Assembly (NCBI RefSeq): GCF_964355755.1 | Contig: NC_092675.1 | Location: forward strand, 29,360,912-29,424,911 | Length of the DNA stretch: 64,000 nt | Direction of reading: 5' to 3' | DNA from: Antedon mediterranea | Taxonomy: Eukaryota > Animalia > Echinodermata | In this document: positions 28,051 through 42,310 of the stretch, piece after piece | Position numbering within the stretch: position 1 is the stretch's first letter | Layout: each line of letters starts with the position of its first letter | Program-made: the position numbers and the translations under genes | The notes under the pieces: generated by a model | Database searches by the model: none | The model's input: only the letters and a program-made list of their open reading frames with translations | What the model was told of the DNA's origin: nothing

Positions 28051-30147
28051 CCTAGGCATAAATGAAATGTGGAAGATATAGGAAAGAGAGACATTAGAGC
28101 TATGGACTTTATAAACATAGTTTCTTCTTTAAAATCTTTGCGATAATTATAATATCATCAGAGGTAAAATTAATGTTTTTGTGAACTGTTAATTGTTTTT
28201 ATACTGTATGCTTGATATGGGTGTATATTTTATAACATCAATGATATCACTTTTGACTAATTTTGTTTTCGGCAATAAATATAACAATAATATCTAAATT
28301 ATTACACGTAATAATGAAATAATGACGTCTGCTTCTTGCGTCATCTTTTAAAATATTAAACATCATCCCACGTTTTTAACTCAAACCGTTTTTCTAAATT
28401 AAAACCTTTAAGCTCATAGCATTAATAATTACTTGCTATAAACCATTCCAAAAATTATTACCAAGAATTTAAATTTAGTTAAGAAACTATGTTTTTTTTA
28501 TAAAAATTATGATGTTAATGAACTTATAAATTTGCTATTGGCGAATAAACTTGAGATTTACTTCGACTTGAAATTAAATTAAGAAACTTTTTAGCTTTTC
28601 AATTATTGAAATTATATCCTTGGGAGATTCTCCTCAGGTTTGTGGACATAGTCTATAAAAAACATGCAGTCAGATTAAGATAAAATGAATGATATCGCAA
28701 AATGTACATCAATGTTTGTGGCATGAAACTACTCGTAATATAATAATCAGATGAAATTTATTTATTTTATTTCAACAATATTTAAATTTATTCAGTATAT
28801 TAATTTATTCAATATTTGTTTATTTTCTTTTTACATACCGTACTACTAATACTATAGTAAAAAAATTATTATTTGATCTGTGAATTGTATTTTGATGGTT
28901 ATTTAAGCTTTTATGAAACCTCTATGGTCTAATGGTTTAGCAATTGTCTTAGAAGAAGTTGCAGGTTCGATTTCCTTTTTTTTGGTTTTTGGTATTTTGA
29001 TTAAAAGTTTATTGTGTAATTTTTTTTTTGTACAATTTTAAAATATTAACGATAAATTATAGATACTTCAAGAATGTTTGATAATTATTTCCTTTTATTT
29101 TACCGATCATCTTGACATTTCTTAAATCAGTCACATATTTGGAAGGAAGAAAGCATCGTTGATATTTATCAGATGAATTTTTACAAATCACACAAAGACT
29201 ATTCATTGATTTTTTGATCTTAAAGCTTCTGTTTTTGTGTTCATTATTAATATTAATTAAGATACACGGATGAGAGAGATTATTTTTGTGCTGATGACAT
29301 AGTAGTAATTGCCGTACAGAGTTGTTGTGATGCTGCATAGATGGATACTTATCTTAATGCGTTTGACAGTCTTTATACTGTAGTAAAAAAGCCAAACTTA
29401 AATTATTTCTAATAGCGAAAGTTATGTATTGTGATTTTATTTTTGAAAATACAATATAGAAATGTTGTATTTTATTATTCCTATTGTTTTGTATAAAGTG
29501 ATCCAAGTGGTACAATAACTTATTTCTAAAAACTATATAAATTTAAAGAACATTAAATATTTTTATTGCATAATTATATAATATGTACGCTTCATTGTCA
29601 TTACATTGTACTAATTTATTCCTGTCGTTGGCAAGGAACAATCGTACCTCGTTTCTTTATATACTGTGATAGGACTCTCAGTACTACAGTATGTACAGAG
29701 ATAGTGTACATCAAATGGATTGAAGGAAATATTATTGCAGTACAAGCAAATGATAATGTAAAAATCAATCAATTAATTATTAAGAACATTTTTAAAAGAC
29801 AACAAAAGTTTTTAAAATAATGTTGGTTAAAATTGAATGTGTTTTAAAGGATGCTTAAATTAAATTAAGTTTATTTGTTTTCCAAATACCAGTAGATACA
29901 CTACTGAATAATTTCAAATTATATGATAAACCTTTTGTGAATTTGACATTTTAATTATTTGATTGATAAATTTTCAAGAATCTGACTATTTGAAGTTACG
30001 TATACTCGTATTATTTGTTCAGGAACAATGAATAGAGTAAATAACATAAACTTTATTTTTACTCGGTAGGTTGTACCACAAAGAAATAAACTCAATTTAT
30101 ATTTGTCATAAATGTATAAAAACACCTCATTTTGTTCTTTTTAACAG

Positions 30148-30207
30148 ATTTGCACAAATTGCAAAGAGAAGAGAGAATTTGCCGCCAGCTTAGACATAAC
30201 AACATTG
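30148..30207 (+). CDS. CaMKII: CaMKII-like coding exon 3 (alphaC helix)
   Basis: ttttaacag acceptor; 60-bp exon encoding (D)LHKLQREERICRQLRHNNI(V); GTAAG donor. Phase-compatible with exon 2 and matches CaMKII [21 protein letters not shown]. Confidence 0.9.
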
Positions 30208-30616
30208 GTAAGTTTGTTACAAAACCTCAACCTGACCTCCTTCTACATGTTCCCTCTAGAGCCTGATGCAGAATTACCTTTATTCTGAATTTGATAAAAT
30301 TCTATGATTGATATCAATTGAACTATTCCAATCGAACATCTACAATAGTGCAGACCTCCCAGTTTTTTTTATTGATCTCCACCTACTGTACAAGTTCAAA
30401 TGTGCAATTTCCTAATTGTTTTCGATATAAAAATTGCCACGCATGCCCCATTCGGAAGTCCCTTTACATGTTTACTAGCAGTACTAATGGAAGATATTTT
30501 TTAATATGCCCTCTATGTTTGGATGTAGTTTGATAACAGTTATAATGCCCTCTATGAGTTCGTCATGCAGAAGAGAATGTCAATTTTCAGATTCACAGAT
30601 TCAACTGTCTGTGCTA

Positions 30617-30740
30617 ATCCACAGCCTAGTCCACAGCCTAATCTACATCCTAGTCCACATCCTAGTCCACAGCCTAGTCCACAGCCTAGTCCACAGCCTA
30701 GTCCACAGCCTAGTCCACAGCCTAGTCCACAGCCTAATCC
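30617..30740. repeat. 12-bp tandem repeat (cctagtccacag)n
   Basis: ~10 copies. Confidence 0.9.
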
Positions 30741-30775
30741 AGACAAAAACATGTGTATGACTCTTACATATTTCT

Positions 30776-31407
30776 GCAATTACTTATTGCTACAATTACA
30801 TATTGCTACAATTACATATTGCTACAATTACATATTGCTACAATTACATATTGCTACAATTACATATTGCTACAATTACTTATTGCTACAATTACTTATT
30901 GCTACAATTACTTATTGCTACAATTACATATTGCTACAATTACATATTGCTACAATTACATATTGCTACAATTACATATTGCTACAATTACATATTGCTA
31001 CAATTACATATTGCTACAATTACATATTGCTACAATTACATATTGCTACAATTACATATTGCTACAATTACATATTGCTACAATTACATATTGCTACAAT
31101 TACATATTGCTACAATTACATATTGCTACAATTACATATTGCTACAATTACATATTGCTACAATTACATATTGCTACAATTACATATTGCTACAATTACA
31201 TATTGCTACAATTACATATTGCTACAATTACATATTGCTACAATTACATATTGCTACAATTACATATTGCTACAATTACATATTGCTACAATTACATATT
31301 GCTACAATTACATATTGCTACAATTACATATTGCTACAATTACATATTGCTACAATTACATATTGCTACAATTACATATTGCTACAATTACATATTGCTA
31401 CAATTAC
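30776..31407. repeat. 16-bp minisatellite (tattgctacaattaca)n, ~39 copies
   Basis: Near-perfect array; gives the same 16-aa repeat in all three + frames. Confidence 0.95.
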
Positions 31408-34400
31408 CTCACATTTATATTTCTTAAAGTAGCACAAGCAGAGAAGAAGCAAATGTAAATAAATATTATTCAAGTTCAACTTACTATTAATGTTTATATT
31501 TTATCCTATGATGCATTTAATACTTTGTTGTAATACTACATTTTAATACAGTGATACCCTAAAATATTTAAGTTATTTATTTTTCAGCCAGTTCGGGCCG
31601 TCCTCCCTGAAAAAAAAAACCTGTGTAATAAGGTTAGGTTGCAAGCTTAAGTAATGCTGGCCAGTATACTGTATATTATACTACCGTATATCTTTAACTA
31701 TTCTTACCAGTGTGTAAAATGTGCTTCACATTAAGGAGTGGCCAACAAATGACCACCTTTATGCAAATTAGCCTCCACAAACTTGAAAATGTCTTCCTAC
31801 AGTACATTCATTGAACTTCATTTTTACATATTTTGCATTATGTAATTATCCTGTATTTTGTCTTGATTTGCTATTGATATCTTAACTAATTATACTAACG
31901 ATACAATGTTATTACCAGAAAGTGCAAGATAGTTTGAAGAGCAACGCTTACTGTTCTCTTTGAACTTTTATAATTAGCAATAATTCTGCCTAGTCGTAAG
32001 AAAATATTTAGTTTAATAAACTCAAAAGAGAGGTAACAAACACATTTTCAGCATTTTCAAGTAGTTTTATTATTTATGTGAATTTATTTTGTTTTTAATA
32101 TTTTTATACTTTAATATGAAAACATATTATTGTAAAACTGTGATTTAAAAGAAAAAAAAAGTCAACTGGAAGTCGATGAGATTTTGGCTACAAGACAAGA
32201 TAAGATAATAATCAAAAATATTTTCCTTTTTGCAAATTTAATATTAACTGAAAGCTACAAGAAAAAGTCCTAAATTCATCTTTATGTTTCATGTTTTGAG
32301 AACAAAACTCTTTAAGCAAATGGAAAGATTCATGTATAAACACTGATTGGTTGATTGATTGAAATCAAAATTTGATAATTCTAATTTATTAAATTTATTT
32401 ATCACATAGAGAAGTTTTATTTTTAAACAAACAATATGGCAGATTTTATTATTTTAAAATAACCAAATTGTGAATTTAATAAGATTCAGGAAAACCATTT
32501 GAGACAGAATGTTCAACTGGTTTTATTGCAGAATAGGTGTTTGCAATTTAAGTAAATAATTAAATGTCCATGTCTTTCAGCACATTACGTCAACATAGAA
32601 TTAATCAATCCTGACATGCTGTCATCATTATCAAAATATTTAAAATGTCACTATGACTAACTAAGTAAGAGTATCGCAAATCAGAGAAAAAAAATAAGAC
32701 ATTATGAAAGAATAGAAATCATATTCTGCAGTTACTGCAGTAAACTACATTTTTTACTGACAATAATGTATGATTTTAGTTTGTTTCATTATAAAGAAGT
32801 TTAAAATCATGATTACCCCTAAAAAAAGGCTTGCGAAATAATTACATTTAAAAAAAAAAAATTTTATTTATATAATACTTAATAGTAATACACGGTATCA
32901 TCAGGCACAGAACATTAATTTAAACCGCCTGGTGATATACTGAAATTTAAATAATTAATTTGAAACGATGAGAAAAACTTGCCCCAACCGATATTCGAAT
33001 CCGGAACCTTCTGCTTGATATGATCATTAGTGGTCATTAGATCACATTTCATGGTATTAATTCAACCCGATTGGATAGCGACTTTCTCGGAGTGGTACGG
33101 CGGAACAGCGATAGTCCCTTGTACGCACGAGCACCAGAGATCAACTTGATACGCCCTTATCTTTCAGTATTTTATTCACGAAGCAGGATCTCCGAAGAGA
33201 TACTTTTACAAACACATCAGGCACAGATATTATTTTAGTTTTCAGTTTACTTATACAATTTTCTTTTTGGGCAGAATTGTACCAATCTGCCAACCATGTT
33301 TTAATCAATTTTTGATTAGATACTTGAAGATTTATTTATTTTAATTTTCCTGATTAATAAATTTGTTTCATTAGATAGTTTCTAAGATGAACAGTTACAG
33401 ATTAAGATGAAAATTTTAGTCTCATCAATCATTTACCGCTAAATATTAATTACGTCAAATTAAAAATTACATTTGCATCAAATATTACATCGCCCTGTTT
33501 ATAACTGACCTCATCTGAATGAGTTTATCGAGCAAGTATGAAACGTAGCTGGCAACGAAGTATTAATGAGGCGTTTTTATTGGCCCGGTAGATTAAGTTT
33601 ACACTTGAGTATCGTGTATTAGTCAACCGAGAACATTCATTCAAGAAACCCCAAACACCAATTATCTGTGTACCTTATCACTAATAGCATTTACTTTTTA
33701 TTGTGGTGTATAACGTTTTAATCACTTTACGCATTATTAGTCTTTGATTGTTGTGCGCAATAAACCGTTTCTATCTTCTCAATCCGATACTTATGATATT
33801 TGCAAATGGTCGTGGGATATTCTCAAATTTTATAGCGAGAAACAAAACTAAATCGTGATGTCATCAGCTTGATGAAACCAACAAGATGTTATTCTCATAC
33901 TGGTCAGTATTCATATTAACTGACCACTACTCAGCCATTTACTACTACATTCATAGTACCGTACTGCCAAGCACTCAGTCATAGAACACTGTATTAATTA
34001 CAGCAGGGAGATGTAAAAAATTCTCCTGATTACGGTAACATTAATTTTACTGTATCACAATATAAAGAAATAATGGATTCACTTCTGTAACACAACAGTG
34101 TAATTTTTTCCTTATCATTGGATCTTATTTTTCACTATATATGTTCTTAAGTAATTTATAGAATGCCCTTTATTTTGTGTAAAAGTAATTAATTCTAAAA
34201 TGTGAAGCAGTTCAATTATCACAAGATTGACTTGTGAAGTTATACCAAAATGTGATCTATTTGGATTGATTTTAAGCAATATTACAGCAGTATTTTCATT
34301 GTAGTTTCAATGCAAAGATCCTTGAAATGTGTACTAATGTATTATATTTAGAAGGCTCTAATTGATTTGTACTGTGACATATAAAAATCCTTCAAATTTC

Positions 34401-37400
34401 TTAAATGGATGAAATGGTAATCTAGTCAGATATTTTTGATGGATAACTGGATTATTTTTAAACCAGTGAGGCCTAGATTTCAGTTCTGAATAAGGTCCTT
34501 GCACCATAGTATTAGGCAGTAAGCCAAATTTTATGTTGTATGGCCTAGATAGAGGCCGCAATATAACTGAAAAATACAGATGTACCTTCATTTTCAAGTA
34601 CAAATATTTAACACTTTTTAAAATGTAAACAAACTATTGGTAATTGTAATGGTTATTGTGCATGTATAATGTAATTTATTATTTATGATATTGGAAAAGA
34701 AAGGACATGGCTCGTCCACTCTCTAATTCAATCCACTTAAACATATAATCTTTTTTTTCTTCATTTTCCTATAAATGTTTTTTCTCACTTGGCCGAGTTT
34801 CAAATTGGTTGATTTTGTAACATACATTCAATCTTCTTCCATCAGAATGAGTTACATCAAGTTCAACACTATGATGAGTTGTATCTTATTTTTTTCTTAG
34901 CATGTACGTAGCCTTATTTTTCAGTCGGCCTAGTTTTATATTGTTTTATTCTATTAAGAGACAATCTCTTTCCATCAGAATGGGTTTGCGTCAAGTTTAT
35001 TTTGAAATGGCAACGAATGTAAATCTGTTAAAAATAGTCTAATCTAGTGTGATACGATGATATTATGACGTTATGTACACACTGGTAACGCGATAGATTT
35101 GTATACTGTTGGCAACTTAAATTCACACGATTAAGCGTTTACAAGTTGTTGATTATTTCAGTCGGTATAAATTATTTTCAACATACGTAATACACTGATA
35201 ACAATCTAAAAATAAAACATGGATTTCTTGTTTTTGTCCCTTTCATTTATAATAGTAGTTTAAGGCTCCGTAAACCTAATAGTGATGTACCAGATAGTGG
35301 TATCGGTCAAAAACAAGTACAAAATTAAATCTGCACATATTCACACGTTTCTGAGCATGTGCAGAATTAATTTTTTCCTCAGCAACTCTTCATGTCGAGT
35401 GGCGTTTTATGAAAACGATGTGACACTAAATGCGTACTGTTGAAGTTTCGCGAAAATGTGATCAAAATATCTGCTTCACAAAAACTCAATATCAGCTTCC
35501 AGTCATGTTCGTATAAAATAAGTAAATAAAATTAAAAAATGACTTTCACAACGTACTTGTCTAATTAATTGTGGAATGACTGATGACAGTTTATGATGGA
35601 AAAAGGGGGTTTGTGGATAGGGCGGGGAAGGTTAGCAGGGGTTCTTGTGGTGGATGAAAGATGGGTGTTTAATATTTATGTAAAACTTCCACCCAGCCTG
35701 TGTAACCTTCCTACATTATACTATAGTATACTGTAGTTACACATTATAACATGTATGTGATGAAATGTAATAGCGTTGTATTATAAACACATGTAATCTT
35801 TTTTCTTCTGACAAAATGATTATGCAGAAACAAAGATTTCCTACTATAATGATTGATTCCATTTATAAGTGACAATGTAGTAAGAATATCAATGAGTTTT
35901 ACTGGCAACCTCAAGTATCCTCCGTACCACAAAAGAAAATCAATGCAAGTCCTTGTCAATCAGTTTATTAAATTATTGCTTTTGCATCAACAGAATATAT
36001 CTAGAGGTCATTATTGAGCATCGGGCATTTGCGTGAGTTGCATTATGCCAAGTAAAAGTCATCGATTCTCATAAGCATTGCCTCAAACCTAACAAAGGTC
36101 AAAGGTCATGTGACTGTCAGTTCTGAATGGATGCGTTTTACAGGTCAAGTTCAAGATACTCTATGTTTGTCCCTTGAGACTTGGCCTGCACATTACGTGT
36201 AGATTATTATGTCATTTCAACTCTTGTGACGGGAAAAAAAGTAGATAAAATAATATATTGTTCGACTGGTCGACTGGATTAGTGAGGATTTGTTTAAATA
36301 ATGGAGAGAATTTTAAAATGAGATGTTGCGGATTTATAGGATTCAAATGTGGACATGTATTGAATACTGAATTACATTGTTTATTTTGTTAGCACTGTCG
36401 TTGCTTTTCATCAGTTCACCAATATTACTTTTTGATGTTGATGAATTTTTTTGTTGTTTAAAGTAAAACAGATTGATTTCTTAAAAGTTAATGCCCATGT
36501 AACTCATGTATATGTTCATAATAGCGAAGATAAATTCAGTCAGTGTTTTTTTATGTTTTATTCCAAGTTATTTACATATAATCAGTGCATCTAAAGCCTA
36601 TGTTTTAGATACAGTAGCTACATATACCTGCTCTGCATCATTTTCAATTGCTCTCACCACCAGTACAACCAGTCATTTATGGTGCTATTCTGACTATTGT
36701 CGGTTTTTCAAGATGTTTTTTTATAAAAATGTACAGTCTCGTTCATCTATAAGTGTCACCCATCCCACTGTCCCTGCCGTCAAGAAAGCGAAATGATAAC
36801 GTTGGGACATGCCCATGTGAAGGCGTGGTTGGTGAATTAGTCTATTATTGTAGAGGGGTGATTAAGGAACTTTTAAATGAAATGCATAATAAAGTTAAAA
36901 AGCTCTTCTATAGGTTCCAGAAAAATAAAATCATTGCATTCATGGATTTACTAAAAATAGGTACAGGTAATAGAATATGAGAAAAATAAATGGAGATGTT
37001 ATGCATGCAAGGTTTAGTTAACAGATGTTATGTGATTGAATAGCATATTACGATGATTGTTGATCATTAGTGACTTTAGTTATCCCATTATTGTTATGTC
37101 ATTCACAGTTAAAGATCAATACCTGAAAGATTGAATATTATGTGACTGGAATACTCGATGAAATTTACTACCTCTACATTGTATCGAAGTATATTTGCCA
37201 AGATAGTTTTCACTTTCATTAATATTACTAATCAATCAAATGACATGATAATTTAAGTTTGTCTAGACAAACTTATGATAGGACTTTACCATATAATTTT
37301 TTTGGATTTTACTGATAAATTCATTAGTATTAAACAAAAATGAATTATAAATCGTGCTTTGAAAGCGAAGTAAAATATAGAAATTATTCCTTCTCCTTGC

Positions 37401-37836
37401 ATCTATCTTCTAAGCCCCTCTACCTAAACCAGTGGTCAACCTTTAAAATCTCATGTGTTGCCAAAATTGCATCATGTTGAGTAAAGACTTTTAAATATTG
37501 AATAAGTCCATCCTTAATTTTGATGCAGCCACGTTTGTACCTTTTTATTTTAGTAATTTGGATTGACTGCTGCTTGATTAATACAACACCTACCATAATT
37601 AATTATATAAATCACAATGACTTCTATTTATTATTATAATTCATTAATTATTGTGATGTTGCATTAATAGTGTTTTAGCAATATACTCTACCATTACATT
37701 ACTCATCCACGTTACAATACAATGTCTCTTAAATAGTTATTGGCGAATATTCTCTTCTCTCACATAATCTATTATAACCTTTATTATTACTACATTTATT
37801 AATAGATACAGAAACTAAGTTACAGTTGAATTCCTA

Positions 37837-37975
37837 AAGCCTTGTCTACACTATCAAACTTTATGTGACAAAAAAAATGTGTCCATATATGATGGTGTCA
37901 TATCACTACCATATTTGGGCATATAACTACCATGTCACACTTTTGAAACTGGTTTGATAGTGTAGACAGAGCTTA
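37837..37975. mobile_element. MITE, same family
   Basis: aagccttgtctacactatcaaact ... gtttgatagtgtagacagagctta. Confidence 0.8.
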
Positions 37976-39482
37976 ACAATGGGATTAGGATCCGATAAGG
38001 ATTAGGTTGTACATAATTCATGTAAAAGTGCCTCAATAAATCCCCTATATAGAGCTATCCCCTATAGAGGTATTACAACTGAGAAGTTAACTGTATAGTT
38101 CTCTCACATTTTTGTTTCCTTAAATAAGACCTAGTTCGAACTATTTACAGGAATGATCAATTGGGATTTATTACCTAACTATCAGGTTGAAATCAAATCA
38201 GCGAAGTATTGACTCCTTTTTAAATTGTTTATAACCATGTATACCCCTTTCACATATTGCGTCGTATTCTTATAATGCATAATTTAAACACACACCGGGG
38301 TGTAGACTATAGTGGTGTTGCTGTAACCTCTGGAATTTTACTAGGTGTTATGAAAGGGGTATATGAGTAGTAATTTAAAAACATTATGCAAAATCTGTAC
38401 ATCAATGATTATTATACCGTTATAACAAATCGTGTATTTTGTGCCTAGGTGAGATTTAATCAGATGGCATAGATGCTTGTTGCCACTAGACAATTTTCTA
38501 CTTCACATAAAATTGATAAATGAGACTATTTTGCATAACGTGTGATTCATTTTAAAAAGCTTTTCAGAAAACACAATCATAACACTTGAAGCACTAACAT
38601 CACATTGTGCAAGAAGTACACCATCATAATCACCTTACACAAGAGTTTATAACTTAATTTATTCTATATTGTATTTTTGATCTTTGCAATATGTTAGAAA
38701 TCCAAGCAAAATATATTTGTTAAGGAGTATGTATAGATAGTGTCTGGACACAATAAGTCTAAGTGTCGTGGAGTGCATACTGAAGATAATGTTATTTTTA
38801 CAGGTAATTTTATCCTGTGTCGTTACTCTGATTTAGATGACATCACAACACTAATAATTTTCTTTGTTTACTAAAGCATAACAAAAAAAGGTTAAAAGTT
38901 ATGAATTTCTGCTTAAATGTTTATTAATACAATCGTGCAGTACTTGCAAATTTATACTAAAAATATAAATGATGAATCGGATTTAATAATTTATAATGCT
39001 GAAATTTAGCATAAACAACAGAGGGCAGCAGACCAATTTTGAGCTACTGATTAGTTTAAACTGATCACAAATAAAATCTTAACAATTAAATAGTTCTTAA
39101 AAAGTTACAAACATTTAACAAAATAGTTACATATCTCCAATGATCAAATCAACTAATAATAATAATTTTTAAAAATGATTAGATACTACTATATATAAAC
39201 ACATACCTATTAGCAAATGCACTTTATACAGTATGCATAAAAAATGCTATTTATTTAAATATTACAAAAATAAAAAATATATATTTTTAAACTAAATCGA
39301 GCAAAAATTATAAAATACATTTACTAATTTTGTTTTTATTGATTAATAATTGCATGATATTACCATGTATGAAAATGCTGTTATTTTTGAATGATTAACT
39401 TTTGCACATGACTGACTCCGGTTTGACCTACCTCTAAAACTTGACACAGTAATATTAGAAATGGTGAATTTGTATGTACCTT

Positions 39483-42310
39483 TTATAGTTTGGTTTGTAA
39501 GCTGTTCTCATTATTGTCTAGGGCAACGTCTGCTATCTCCTGCTCCTTTACCGTCACTGTTCGTGGTTGTGGTGTTGGTTTCGTTTCTGGTTGAGATTGT
39601 GGTTTAGGCCTTGGTTGTGGTTTAGGCTTAGATTGTGGTTTGGGTTTAGTTTCTGGCTTTGGTTGTAGTGTAGGCTTTGATTCTGTCAAAGGTTTAGTTT
39701 GAAGTTTTGGCTTCGGTACAACTTGTTCAGGAACCGCGTTATCCTCCGATTGCTCATTCTCTTTATCATTCATATTATCTTTTCCTTTGTCATTCGTTAC
39801 TTCACCTTTCTCAGTGTTCGTTGTAGGATAAAGTTTTTCTTCATCATCTTTTGTTTTATGTTTAAAGATGTTCTTTATCTCCGTAATCAATCCAGGCGCA
39901 TTCTGGTTTATGTCTTTTGAATGTTTACTTTCCAATTTCACTTCTGTTTCAACATTTTGGTCACTGACAGAAGGACCATCCAAAGGTTCTTTTTCGATGT
40001 CCACATCAACTGGTTTAGCTCCAGTTGAGTCTGGTGTTACTCCAGTTAAGTCTGCTTCTGCTCCAGTTGAGACTTGTACTGCTCCAGTTGAGACTGGTTC
40101 TGTTCCATCTGGTTTATCTTTTACTGGTTTTTCACCATCGGGTGAATCTGTGGAACACAGGGTATTTGTCCCTGTATGCTCTACTGTATCACTTTGAAAT
40201 GACGTTTCAACCAATTCTTCTTGGCTGTCATCTGAGTATTTCCTAGCTCCCATGCTCAGTGCTACTTTCCGTCGATCATGGCCTAATTTTCTCACGGATG
40301 AAACCATATTTGCGAGGCTAAATCTTTTAAATTTGTCTCCGCTGCTTTCTCTCTTTTTTTTCCTGCGTTGTACTTTATCTACTTTGATCTTTTGTGGACT
40401 CAATGAGTTATAATTTGTAACGTCTTGGTTGGCCATATCAGCTTTTTCATAAATGATAATATCTGTAACATTAACAACATAATTTTGTGATGTTTCTTAA
40501 TTACCAGTGTTATAATAACAGGGAGATAATTTCAAAAACAGTAAAACATGATGTAAAAAATAATACAATATTTAAACAGAGTCCTACTGTATTGAAGGGT
40601 CACATTCAGAGTAGTAGTAAGGCATAGGCCTGCTAAATTTTGCTAATTGTAATGCATAATAACTAATTTTAGTTTGACACCTAAAATTTGCCATTTATAG
40701 GCCCTGGGCCTCCATTAGTTCCTGGATCCGCCACTGCAAGGTGATATGTTATTCAATATCCCAACATGTGAACATTGTCTGACGCATCACCTTTTTCTAC
40801 TATTTAATGCCACTTTCCATGGCGATATTAAAACATACTGGTTCTTGCTATTTACCTGAGCTTCCTGTGTAAGATTCAAAATTAACAGTGTCGTTCACCA
40901 TTTTTTCTAAGCTGTTTTTAAGTTTTTCAAATTCTAATTTGCTGCCCTCATCTTGGCTGGTTGCCATAGAGAATCTGTTATCCAGATACATTGGTATACT
41001 TTGTATTTCACTGTCAATTGTGTCTGAAGGAGAGAAAACTAATTATTTATACTATAATTCAATTTTATTACCATGGTGGTTGTTCCCCAGAGGCCCTGCC
41101 TACACTATCAAACTTTATTTGACAAAAAATGTGTGATGTGCCCAAATATGGTAGTGGTATGCCCAAATATGGTAGTGATATGACATCATCATGCCAATAT
41201 ATGGGCACATCACAGTTTCTTTCACATTTGGGCCCTTGGCCACACCCACCTTCCAAAATGTTGTATTGGCTACTTAGATTAAACAGCATATCCACAAATA
41301 TATTGTTCAAATTATAAAATAAAACATACCTTCTTGAAGCTAAATGACCTTTGTTCTTACCTTTCTGTAAGCAAACACCAAACAAACTTGTCATGGAATG
41401 TTCTTTTGTAATTCGTAGATTTCCAATTGAGTCGGCCGACAGTTCAGTACCATTAATACTTTTGCCGCTAAAATCGCCCGCGTAAAAGCTTACTGTTACT
41501 GGGAATTTGTTTTCCTCAAGAAGGTCTGATAACTTTTGGGGAACAATCTCTGTAAAAGAAGGATAATTACTATTATTTATATCTGTAAAGGGTTTGTTAA
41601 TTTGAGCCCCAGGTTCAGATTATAAGTTGTTATTTAACTTTATAATATATAGCTTTATATTTAGGATATAATAGTCAGATTTTTCTTTTTTTTTTTAACA
41701 GGATGTACTGTATAACTTACCGTTATCTACGGAATCTTTATTTTCAAACAGTAAGGGAGTGTCATAGGCTATGCTAATGTGGTTGTCATCCTTATCAATT
41801 CCTATTATTCTTTTCTGTTCATTTTTTCCATAAATCCATAAAATCTATTAAAAACAATTTAATAAAAAGAAAATATATGTGGATTATAAAAAAAAATCTG
41901 TGTCTCCTTCATGTTTTATATTGTAAGAAATTATGAAATTAAGAAATTATGGTTTATGTTTGTTACATGAATGAATAAATGTTATTTTGATTTATTATTT
42001 ATTTATTTATTCTGCAGGCACTTTCAGTGCACTGATTTTCAAAGTGGTACAGTAATTGGAAATATCAACACAAACATAATAAAGTAAAGATTGAATTCAA
42101 AATTTAAAAAAAAGTAATCTTTCCTCATACCTGATCAGATGAAAATGTCTCAATGTGCTGAACTCCATAGTAACCGTCTACGACCTTTAGGATAATAGGC
42201 ATTTGTATTTCTGCTATTTTATCGTTGAGGTCGTGCGCTGTGAATACCTCACTAGTCCAGGTTACCTTTCGTAATGCTTGTAGATGCTCTTTTAACTCCA
42301 TAACAGACAT
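39483..42310 (-). CDS. CABIT-like domain protein lacking SAM, paralog E, ~546 aa
   Basis: Exons 42310-42131, 41844-41721, 41549-41361, 41023-40856, 40462-39483, totalling 1641 nt in an open frame. WTSEVFTAHDL...MPIILKVVDGYYG...ILWIYG...LSDLLEENKFPVTVSF; K/P/Q-rich tail ending SLQTKL*. Confidence 0.83.

Noticed and set aside
28925-28975. tRNA-like A and B boxes
   Set aside because: No cloverleaf; at most a decayed SINE head.
30506-31458. ORFs of up to 297 aa
   Set aside because: Artefacts of stop-free 12-bp and 16-bp tandem repeats; the 16-bp array is open in all three + frames.
30208-39400. CaMKII exon 4 (VRLHDSI...-like)
   Set aside because: The candidate acceptors I checked (e.g. ~32580, ~34900, ~37108) did not translate to kinase sequence. 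A short diverged exon could still have been missed by eye.
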